From an uncultured Nitrospiraceae bacterium (GTDB taxonomy: Bacteria; Hydrogenedentota; Hydrogenedentia; Hydrogenedentales; SLHB01): a stretch of DNA of 64,000 bases. Below the pieces are notes generated by a model. That model did not search any database. It was given only the letters and a program-made list of their open reading frames with translations, and was not told where the DNA came from. The DNA lies in the NCBI GenBank assembly GCA_964587655.1, contig CAZPMT010000003.1, positions 50,915 to 114,914 of the forward strand. The letters are read 5' to 3'. The position numbers were made by a program, and so were the translations under genes. Shown here piece by piece: positions 1 to 7,906 of this stretch (its first letter is position 1; each line of letters opens with the position of its first letter).

Positions 1-105
1 CCGACACAATACTATAGGGCGATTCTCGTGGAGTCAAACGAGATCCCGGCGCAGCCGCAGGCTGTGGATGGCAGGCCAGTAGAACGTTTCCGAAATAACC
101 TTGCA

Positions 106-305
106 GTACCCCGAAGGGGTACAATGTGAATAGCCGTGGGTAAGACCCACGGTAACAGACCGCACCCTGTCACGACCCTGAAGGGGTCGAACCGCATCGA
201 AACGGGCGTCAATACTGCGTGTTCAACCCCTTCAGGGTTGTCCATTACGGACACGGGTTCCGTGGGTTTCACCCACGGCTATTCACATTGCATCCCTTCA
301 GGATG
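106..305. repeat. Composite palindromic REP-like element
   Basis: AATGTGAATAGCCGTGGG..CCCACGG (123-152) is inverted at 260-289. Inner inverted pair GACCCTGAAGGGGTCGAAC / GTTCAACCCCTTCAGGGTT (174-239). Confidence 0.8.
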
Positions 306-402
306 TCATACCGAGCCTGTGACGTTATTTGGAGAACACGCTACTACAGGCCGCAGGTGAGAGATTGGGGACCCGGCGTTTCCCACATACCGACATCGCA
401 GG

Positions 403-426
403 GACAAGGGGTTGCAACCCCTTGTC
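403..426. repeat. 24-bp perfect palindrome GACAAGGGGTTGCAACCCCTTGTC, copy 1
   Basis: Identical copies at 17169-17192 and 51580-51603. Confidence 0.9.
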
Positions 427-479
427 TGCAATTGGTCATCGCCTGTTCAGAAAGGGTGTTTCAGTGGACGCCAAGCCCC

Positions 480-1217
480 TTATGCCGCGCCGACGGTCAG
501 AGCGGGAGAGGGCTGTTCGAAGCCGCGCAACTGACAGCGATGAATGATGTCTTCGACCTCGTGCATGAAGGCCAGGGGCCATGTGGAGGCGTGCGGGGGG
601 AGGTCCAGGGATGGGTCGGAACGAGACGGCTCCGGAGGGCGGTACTGTTGGAGCACGTAGCGCCGGGCACCGCGAATCCTGCGGGCCATGGCGAGGACGT
701 CGGATTCGGTGAAATGCGGCAGGACCGTGGTGCGGAACTCGTAGTCGACGCGCCCGGCCATGAGGATGTCGATGCTCTCGTTGATGACGCGGTAGTCTAC
801 CGGCGCGCCGCAGACGGCTTCGTACTTCTCGATCGGGGCCTTGATGTCCATCGCCACGTAGTCGAGCAGACCTTCGTCCACGAGTTCGCGCAGGATCGCC
901 GGCTGCGTCCCGTTGGTGTCGAGCTTGATCCGGAATCCCTTCGCGCGCACCGCGCGGATGAAATCTGCAAGGCCGGGCTGGAGCGCCGGTTCGCCGCCGG
1001 TGATGACCACGCCGTCGAGGAAGCCGCGACGCGTTTCCAGCCACGCAAGAGCGACGTCGGTGTCGAACCAGGTCTGCGTCCCCGCGTCCGTTTCGCGGAC
1101 GAGCGAACGATTGTGGCAATAGTAGCAGTCGAGATTGCAGCCCGGTGTGAAGAACACCGCGGCAAGATAACCGGGATAGTCGACGAAGGAGCACTTCTCG
1201 ATGCCCGCAATCCTCAC
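480..1217 (-). CDS. nrdG: Anaerobic ribonucleoside-triphosphate reductase activating protein (radical SAM)
   Basis: GTG start overlaps the nrdD stop (GTGA). Begins RIAGIEKCSFVDYPG; has CNLDCYYCHN (CxxxCxxC), ITGGEP and KLDTNG motifs. Confidence 0.93.
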   Translation of the reverse strand: MRIAGIEKCSFVDYPGYLAAVFFTPGCNLDCYYCHNRSLVRETDAGTQTWFDTDVALAWLETRRGFLDGVVITGGEPALQPGLADFIRAVRAKGFRIKLDTNGTQPAILRELVDEGLLDYVAMDIKAPIEKYEAVCGAPVDYRVINESIDILMAGRVDYEFRTTVLPHFTESDVLAMARRIRGARRYVLQQYRPPEPSRSDPSLDLPPHASTWPLAFMHEVEDIIHRCQLRGFEQPSPALTVGAA

Positions 1218-3322
1218 GACATACCCTCCGCGTGCAGCACGGACTCCGGAATCCGATATTTGACCCGGTCCTTGTACTCCTGCCGCTTGCCGTCGTTGTA
1301 ATTCGCCAGCGGCCGGAGGTAACCGGTCACGCGCGACCAGACTTCCGTCTCGCCGCCGCACGTGGGACAAGTGAACTGCTCGCCGCGAAGGTACCCGTGG
1401 TTGTTGCAGACGCTGAAGGTCGGCGTAATGGACAGGTACGGGAGTCTGTTCTTCGCGAAGACCTTCTGGATGAAACGTTTGCAGGTTTCGATGTCCTCGA
1501 TGCTCTCGCCGAGATACGCATGGAGAACCGTGCCGCCCGTGTAGGCCGACTGAAGCTCGTCCTGGAGCCGCAGGACGTCGAAGATATCGTCCGTATAGCC
1601 CACGGGCACTTGCGTCGAGTTGGTGTAATAGGGCGTGCCGTTGCCCGCGGCGATGATATCGAGATAGCGGGCCTTGTCGAGGCGCGCGAGACGGTACGAC
1701 GTGCCCTCGGCGGGCGTCGCCTCGAGGTTGTACACGTGTCCGGTCTCGATCTGGATGTCCTTGAGCATGTCGCGCAGGAACTCCATAATCTCCATCGCGA
1801 ACGCCTGCCCCTCGGGCGTCGTGATGTCCTTCTCCATGAAGTTTACCAGGGCCTCGTTCATGCCCACGATGCCGATCGTGCTGAAATGGTTGTGCCAAAA
1901 CTCGCCGGTCCGTTTCTTGATCTCGCGCAGGTAGTTGGTGGAATAAGGATACAGCCCGCGCGCGCTCTGCTGCTCGATGACCTTGCGCTTCAACTCGAGC
2001 GAGGTCCGGCCTATCTGCACAAGACGCCAAAGCCGCGCCTTGAACTCCTTCACCGAATTCGACAAATACCCGATGCGCGGCAGGTTGATCGTGAAAACGC
2101 CGATCGATCCCGTCATCGGATTGCTGCCGAAGAGCCCGCCGCCGCGTTTGCGAAGCTCCGTTGTGTCGAGCCTGAGCCGGCAACACATCGATACCGCGTC
2201 CTCCGGCGACAAGTCCGCGTTGACGTAGTTGGCGAAGTAAGGAATGCCGTACTTGCATGTCGTCCGCATAAACGCATTGACCGACCGGGAATTCCAGTCG
2301 AAGTCCTTGGTCACGTTCAGCGTCGGGATCGGGAACGTGAAGACCCGCCCCTTCGCGTCGCCTGCCATCATGACCTCGCAGAACGCCTCATTGAAGACAT
2401 CCATTTCCTCTTGGAAATCGCCGTACTTGTCGTCCATCAGTTGACCGCCGCGGATCACGGCGTGGTCCCGCAACATCGAGGGGACCGTGAGATCGAAGGT
2501 GAGATTCGAGAAAGGACACTGGAAACCGACCCGCGTGGGAACGTTGATGTTGAAGATGAATTCCTGGAGACACTGCTTCACTTGCTCGAACGTCAACTTG
2601 TCATAGCGAACAAAGGGCGCGCAGTAGGTGTCGAAACTGGACCAGGCCTGGGCGCCCGCCGTTTCGCCTTGCGTCGTGAACGTCGAGTTCGTAATCTGAC
2701 CCAGGAACGACCGAAGGTGCCGCGGCGGCGAACTCTCAACCTTCCCCGGAACGCCGCCGAAGCCTTCCATCAACAACTGGCGCAGATCCCATCCCGCGCA
2801 ATACGGCCCCAGGAACCCAAGGTCATGGATGTGGGCGTCGCCGCTCTCGTGGGCCTCGCGGATCTCCGCGGAGTACACCTCGTGGAGCCAGTAGTTCTTG
2901 GTGAAAAACTCGCGGACGTAATTATTGAGGCCGTTGACGCTCTTCTGTGTGTTGGCGTTCTCTTTGATCCGCCAATCACGATCCCCCAGATAATCGGAGA
3001 ACATCTCGATGGTCGCGCCGATGAGCGCATTCAGGTTGCGCGCTCCCGTACGTTTCTCGCGATACAGGATGTACGCCTTGGCCGTCTTGGCGTGGCCGTT
3101 CTTGATCAGCGTGCGCTCGACGAGATCCTGAACGCCCTCAACGTCCGGAATCCGCCCGGAGAACCGCTCCTCGACGATTCGGAGGACTTGCTGGCATAGA
3201 TTCTCGGCCAGGGCGTAATCCGTTCCCCCACACGCCGTGGCCGCCTTGAAGACGGCATTTGTAATCTTTTCCGGACTGAATTTCTCAATGCTTCCGTCCC
3301 GCTTGCGAATGCACTCCACCAT
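1214..3322 (-). CDS. nrdD: Class III (anaerobic) ribonucleoside-triphosphate reductase with ATP cone
   Basis: N-terminal ATP cone (IRKRDG..KITNAV), HIHDL, SMCCRL, EATPAEG, C-terminal CxxH..CxxC and glycyl-radical motif SRVTGYLRP. Confidence 0.96.
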   Translation of the reverse strand: MVECIRKRDGSIEKFSPEKITNAVFKAATACGGTDYALAENLCQQVLRIVEERFSGRIPDVEGVQDLVERTLIKNGHAKTAKAYILYREKRTGARNLNALIGATIEMFSDYLGDRDWRIKENANTQKSVNGLNNYVREFFTKNYWLHEVYSAEIREAHESGDAHIHDLGFLGPYCAGWDLRQLLMEGFGGVPGKVESSPPRHLRSFLGQITNSTFTTQGETAGAQAWSSFDTYCAPFVRYDKLTFEQVKQCLQEFIFNINVPTRVGFQCPFSNLTFDLTVPSMLRDHAVIRGGQLMDDKYGDFQEEMDVFNEAFCEVMMAGDAKGRVFTFPIPTLNVTKDFDWNSRSVNAFMRTTCKYGIPYFANYVNADLSPEDAVSMCCRLRLDTTELRKRGGGLFGSNPMTGSIGVFTINLPRIGYLSNSVKEFKARLWRLVQIGRTSLELKRKVIEQQSARGLYPYSTNYLREIKKRTGEFWHNHFSTIGIVGMNEALVNFMEKDITTPEGQAFAMEIMEFLRDMLKDIQIETGHVYNLEATPAEGTSYRLARLDKARYLDIIAAGNGTPYYTNSTQVPVGYTDDIFDVLRLQDELQSAYTGGTVLHAYLGESIEDIETCKRFIQKVFAKNRLPYLSITPTFSVCNNHGYLRGEQFTCPTCGGETEVWSRVTGYLRPLANYNDGKRQEYKDRVKYRIPESVLHAEGMS

Positions 3323-3435
3323 CCCCTAGTCTCCTTCCGAATAATGCCGCTTCCGCAATGATCCCAAATCGTCCTCGTAATCGCCACGCCGCGCTTAAAT
3401 GGCGATTACCAGGCTTGGACCCTCAACGACCCCTG

Positions 3436-3463
3436 GGTAGGGTCGCGATCCTCCGCGACCGCG
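3436..3463 (+). repeat. GTAG-family REP in nrdD leader
   Basis: GGTAGGGTCGCGATCCTCCGCGACCGCG; near-identical to the reverse complement of 43630-43658. Confidence 0.7.
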
Positions 3464-3583
3464 CATGTGAACCTCCGTCCTCCCGGAAGGCGCCCACCTG
3501 CATTCATTCAACTGGATCAAGCGGCAATCCCTGCCCTTCATATCGCCCACATCACCCTCTAAGGGCTTCCCATTGCCACGAAC

Positions 3584-3629
3584 CCCATTATATAGTGGTT
3601 TGCCCAAGTTGTCAACACTAAATATTGCG
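3584..3629 (-). promoter_or_regulatory. Sigma70 promoter of nrdDG flanked by two NrdR boxes
   Basis: Minus strand TTGACA (3615-3610), N17, TATAAT (3592-3587). NrdR-like boxes ACACTAAATATTGCG (3615-3629) and CACTATATAATGGG (3597-3584) lie about 31 bp apart. Confidence 0.85.
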
Positions 3630-4090
3630 TATCTTACAAGTACCTAACCCAAAGCCGGACAAGGGGCTACGACGAAACCAGGCAAGAAACGTGCTGTGAG
3701 AACCGGAGAAACGCAGAAAAATGCAAGCGCGATCCCGGAGTCTATTTGCGCGAAATACGCGATTATTGACAATAAATAATACCGCCTTCGCGCTGCGAGA
3801 CGCCTGGAATAGGGCCGTTTTGCGGGCAAATTCGAGGCCGCGCACAAGCGCGAAGGCGCCTCAGCATCAAAAACACCGAAAATCGCCCCTCTTTATGTGC
3901 TTTTATCTCGTGTTGGAATGGATTAGACAGCCGACTATGACGCATTGGGCAGCCTCATTACTCCGCATCCGAGTGGAGGTCCTCAGCGATGGACAGCAGC
4001 ATGCGCTCCAATGAGCAACTCTGATTTGCATCCCGAGGCGCTTAGCAGTATCGTGAAACACGCTGAATTCTCAAAAGGAGGGGACTTCAC

Positions 4091-5110
4091 ATGAAAAGCG
4101 CACTGACTTACGTGGGCTGGTTCTTGGCCGCCGTTGCCTCTGTCGCCGTGGTTGGTATCTTCGTTTGGGGGTGGCGTCAAACAAATGAGATCGTGGAACT
4201 GCGCGCCCAAACGGACTCTCTGAAGCAGCAGATCGAAACGCTGAACATTGCGCTCTCGGATAAGGAGGCCGCGTTGAGTGCTCTCCAAGCTAAAGCCGCT
4301 GAGCAACAGGCCAAGCTTCCTGACGCGTCCGGCGAAGCCGCGAAGTCCACGTCGGGCGCGGCGTCGCTGCTGCAGAAGATGATGTCCGCCGTTACAGGCG
4401 GCGGGAAGGATGAAAAGGCCTCGGACGATGAACAGGGCAATCCGCTCGGTGCTCTTGCGAAAATGTACTCCGGCGAACAGGGCAAGGAGATGGCCAAGTA
4501 CAGTGCCGAGATGGCCGTGAACATGCACTATCAAGATTTGTTCGCAAATCTTCATCTCCCCGCCGACGTGGAACAGCGGTTGCGCGATGTCCTCAAGGAG
4601 AACTTGGCCGAGCAGATCACGGCCGGTTTGGGAGCCCTTGGAGGCAAGGCTTCCCCGGAAACGCTCAAGAGCATGAAGGACGATTCCGACGCAAAACTCC
4701 GTGCGAAGGTCGCCGAGATCCTTAGTCCCGAGGAAATGACCGCATGGGACGAATACCAGGCCACGTTGCCAAAACGCATGCTCACTCAAGGCCTCGACAT
4801 GCAATTCAACATGTTCGCGCCAGGGCTTGCCCCCGATACGCGCACCCGTGCCCGCGACGTGCTGGTGGAGGAACTCCTGCCGACGCAGGCCGGCCAACAG
4901 GGCACGGGCATTCCCACGAACACAGACTTTCAGTCGCAGTTGACCGCCCAACAGGAAGCGTTCGGCCGGGCGAGGGAGCGCCTTGCCCAGGAACTGGATG
5001 AGACGGCGCTTGCCGAGGTGGATCGTCTCATCGCGCAGATGCAGCAGATGATCGAGATGTCAACCCGCATGATGGGAAATCTCAAGCCGCCGGAAAGCAC
5101 ACCGAAATAG
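4091..5110 (+). CDS. Hypothetical membrane-anchored coiled-coil protein
   Basis: AAAGGAGG RBS; N-terminal hydrophobic helix followed by heptad-rich helical sequence. Confidence 0.8.
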   Translation: MKSALTYVGWFLAAVASVAVVGIFVWGWRQTNEIVELRAQTDSLKQQIETLNIALSDKEAALSALQAKAAEQQAKLPDASGEAAKSTSGAASLLQKMMSAVTGGGKDEKASDDEQGNPLGALAKMYSGEQGKEMAKYSAEMAVNMHYQDLFANLHLPADVEQRLRDVLKENLAEQITAGLGALGGKASPETLKSMKDDSDAKLRAKVAEILSPEEMTAWDEYQATLPKRMLTQGLDMQFNMFAPGLAPDTRTRARDVLVEELLPTQAGQQGTGIPTNTDFQSQLTAQQEAFGRARERLAQELDETALAEVDRLIAQMQQMIEMSTRMMGNLKPPESTPK

Positions 5111-5130
5111 ATTCGCGAGAGGGAAATGCG

Positions 5131-6471
5131 GTGACAAGGAAAGTGGTAGGAGCGTCCTTTCTCGCCATCTGCAAGCTCTTGATCGCGGCCCGCCCATGTC
5201 CTGTAACCATGTCCCCAGTGGACGCGAATCGCGATTACACGACCGCCTTGCGTGTCTTCCCGGGCGCGGAAGGCTTCGGCGTCGATACGCGCGCGGGACG
5301 CGGCGGCGCCGTGGTGCGCGTCACGAATCTCGAAGGCGAAGGTCCCGGCTCGTTGCGCGCCGCCCTGGAACAATCGGGGCCGCGGACGATCATTTTCGAC
5401 GTCGCAGGGATCATCAAGCTTACCAAAAGCCTTCAGATCCTGGAGCCGTTTGTTACGGTTGCCGGACAAACGGCCCCGAGTCCCGGCATTACGATCACCG
5501 GCGCCACCCTTGAAATCCATACACATGATGTCCTGATACAGCACTTGCGCGTGCGCGTGGGTGACGGACCCGACGGGCCGCAGCCGGACGCGAGAGACGG
5601 AATAAGCGTTTATGACGGACCCGAAGGCGCCCCGCCAACGGAACGCGTTGTGATTGACCATTGCTCGGTAAGTTGGGCGATTGACGAGGGGGTATCCACC
5701 TGGGGCAAGACCGTCCGTGATGTCACATTCCGAGACTGTATCATCGCCGAAAACCTGTCCCGCTCGCTGCACCCGAAAGGCGAGCATTCGAAAGGCATTC
5801 TCATCGGCGACCACTCCCAGCGCGTCAGCGTCATCGGTTGTCTCCTGGCCCACAACAGGCAACGAAATCCGCTGATAAAGGGCGCCGTAACCGCGCTGGT
5901 CGTGAATAACATCATCTATAATCCCGGACTCGCCGTTCACATGGACGACCCGGAAGGCTCCGGTGCTTCACACGCGCGGATCATGAACAACCTCCTCATC
6001 CCCGGGTCGGATACGCCCTGGTACACGCCTCTGGTCCTGCTGCTCGATAACACAAAATCCGGCTCGTCCGTCACGATCGCCGGCAACATCACTTCGAGCC
6101 ATCTTCGATTCTTCCACTTGAACCCATTGCGTTGGCTAAGGATGACCCGCCGGCAAGAACCCGCCTCCAGCGTCGGGGTTGAACCCCTCACGGTGCTGCC
6201 GGCGGACCAGTTGTTGGACAACCTCCTCCCCCGCGTAGGCGCGCGGCCTGCCGACCGCGATCCCGTTGACGCCCGCCTCATACGCGAACTTCAGGAAAAG
6301 AAGGGCCGCATTATTGACTCGCCCCGGGACGTTGGCGGTCTCCCGCCGGCCGCCGAGGCAGCACGCGCAAACCAAATCCCTGAGAATCCAAACGAGGACC
6401 GAGACGGCGACGGATACACTAACCTCGAAGACTGGCTGCACGATATGGCGGCAATGGCCGAGTTGACATGA
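5131..6471 (+). CDS. Pectate lyase-like (PL1) beta-helix protein
   Basis: VFPGAEGFG..GGRGG, GPGSLRAAL, AGQTAP, IDHCSVSWAIDE, HNRQRNP and C-terminal DGDGYTNLEDWL motifs. Start codon uncertain. Confidence 0.85.
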   Translation: MTRKVVGASFLAICKLLIAARPCPVTMSPVDANRDYTTALRVFPGAEGFGVDTRAGRGGAVVRVTNLEGEGPGSLRAALEQSGPRTIIFDVAGIIKLTKSLQILEPFVTVAGQTAPSPGITITGATLEIHTHDVLIQHLRVRVGDGPDGPQPDARDGISVYDGPEGAPPTERVVIDHCSVSWAIDEGVSTWGKTVRDVTFRDCIIAENLSRSLHPKGEHSKGILIGDHSQRVSVIGCLLAHNRQRNPLIKGAVTALVVNNIIYNPGLAVHMDDPEGSGASHARIMNNLLIPGSDTPWYTPLVLLLDNTKSGSSVTIAGNITSSHLRFFHLNPLRWLRMTRRQEPASSVGVEPLTVLPADQLLDNLLPRVGARPADRDPVDARLIRELQEKKGRIIDSPRDVGGLPPAAEAARANQIPENPNEDRDGDGYTNLEDWLHDMAAMAELT

Positions 6472-6517
6472 ACTGAACCTTTCGTTCAGCGGGCCGCGTT
6501 TTCGGGGAGTGACGGGT

Positions 6518-6658
6518 TTATATGCTCCGGTCGCCGCCGAGGATGCCGCCCAGGAGGTTGCCGCCCAATCCCGCGCGCACGACCTCTCCCGGATCGAGCT
6601 CGATCTCAACCAACTGCATGTCGTCGCCATGAATCTTGTAATCTATCACATCCGCCAT
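6518..6658 (-). pseudogene. Internally deleted TIGR00266/AIM24-family gene remnant (46 aa)
   Basis: Not in the ORF track with this start. MADVIDYKIHGDDMQLVEIELDPGEVVRA resembles the AIM24 N-terminus and is joined in frame to GLGGNLLGGILGGDRSI*, a typical Gly-rich C-terminus. GGAGAGG RBS present. Confidence 0.7.
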
Positions 6659-6877
6659 GATGAGCCTCTCCCATTCTCCGATTCACGCACACGCTCTCGG
6701 AATACCTCCAAATTCTATCCCAAGTCCAGCCCCCGGCGCACTCTGCGAATCCTTTTTGACATTAGCGTGGGAGTCGTCTAGCATCAAGTGCTTTCGCTAA
6801 ACTGCTCCTAGCGACTGAAACCGAAGAGGCCCGTTGGTGGTCATTCCCTATGCCGTTCAACGCGGCAGGATGTCGTC

Positions 6878-7870
6878 ATGCGAATTCTCAAGATTGCCGG
6901 AATTGCTTTGGTCTGCATCGTCGTGGTTATCGCCGCGGGCCTGGCCATAACGAAGGTGTGGATGGACGCTTCATATTTCAAAGGCTATGATCCGTCTGCC
7001 CCGCTGGATCCCGTCGTCACCGAGGTGACGGAGAAACCCACTTATACCTGCGAGAAGCTTTACTTCAACGGTTTTCGCGGCGACCGTGTTCCCACGTTGC
7101 TGCTCACGCCGAAGAACGCGGCGCGGCCTATCCCGTGCGTCATCTTTCTCCATGGAATCGGACAGGAGAAGGAGTTCATCCTCGAGGAATTCGACGGTAA
7201 GACCGTTGCCGAGCCGTTCCTTGACGCCGGATTCGCCTTCGTTACGTTCGATCAATTCATGCGCGGCGAACGCAAAGAGAAACATGGCTCCTTCTTAGGA
7301 GAGGCCGGGGCGTTCCGTATGCGGCCCGTGCATACCGTCAACGACACGCGCCGCCTCATCGATTACTTGGAGACGCGCGGCGACATCGCGAAGAACCGCA
7401 TATACCTCGACGGCGCCAGCTATGGCGCGATCACCGGCAGCACCGCGGCCGCATTTGACACTCGTATCCGCGCGGTCGTGCTGACGTACGGAGGCGGAAA
7501 CGTTCCAGCCATGTTGTCGGCTCGGATGATTGCCGGCGAGGTACGGAAAAGCAACATACCACTCGGTCTTGTGAAGTTCGCAGGCTGGTACCTTCTCGGC
7601 GCCTCGGACCCCGTGCGCTACATCGGCCGGATCTCTCCGCGCCCCGTCTTCTTGCAGAACGGCACGAACGACTCCCTCATCGCAACGGAGGCCGCGAAGG
7701 CCTTGCAGAACGCGGCCCTCGAGCCCAAGATCATCAAATGGTACGAGGGCGATCATATCGGGATGGACGTGAAGACCGTGTTCACGGTTCTGAACGACAG
7801 TATCGATTTCCTCAAGGCGCAGGACGCTAAGATCGTCGCCGCGGAACCAGCCGAGAAAGCCGCGGGCTGA
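6878..7870 (+). CDS. Alpha/beta-fold hydrolase (esterase), N-terminally anchored
   Basis: VIFLHGIG, GASYG nucleophile elbow, NGTND and EGDH catalytic positions. Confidence 0.85.
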   Translation: MRILKIAGIALVCIVVVIAAGLAITKVWMDASYFKGYDPSAPLDPVVTEVTEKPTYTCEKLYFNGFRGDRVPTLLLTPKNAARPIPCVIFLHGIGQEKEFILEEFDGKTVAEPFLDAGFAFVTFDQFMRGERKEKHGSFLGEAGAFRMRPVHTVNDTRRLIDYLETRGDIAKNRIYLDGASYGAITGSTAAAFDTRIRAVVLTYGGGNVPAMLSARMIAGEVRKSNIPLGLVKFAGWYLLGASDPVRYIGRISPRPVFLQNGTNDSLIATEAAKALQNAALEPKIIKWYEGDHIGMDVKTVFTVLNDSIDFLKAQDAKIVAAEPAEKAAG

Positions 7871-7906
7871 ACGGCATCCCGTCAAGAAAGAACAGAGATT
7901 CCGACG

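Noticed and set aside
480-2258. 592-aa ORF as an extended NrdG or frameshift fusion
   Set aside because: The upstream part is an alternative frame of nrdD; the real start is the GTG at 1217.
1232-3199. Long antisense ORFs (also 219-1301, 17062-18705, 23473-24810, 44468-45613)
   Set aside because: Shadow frames of GC-rich genes with no recognisable motifs.
3323-3580. Cobalamin riboswitch before nrdD
   Set aside because: No recognisable B12-box or conserved core seen.
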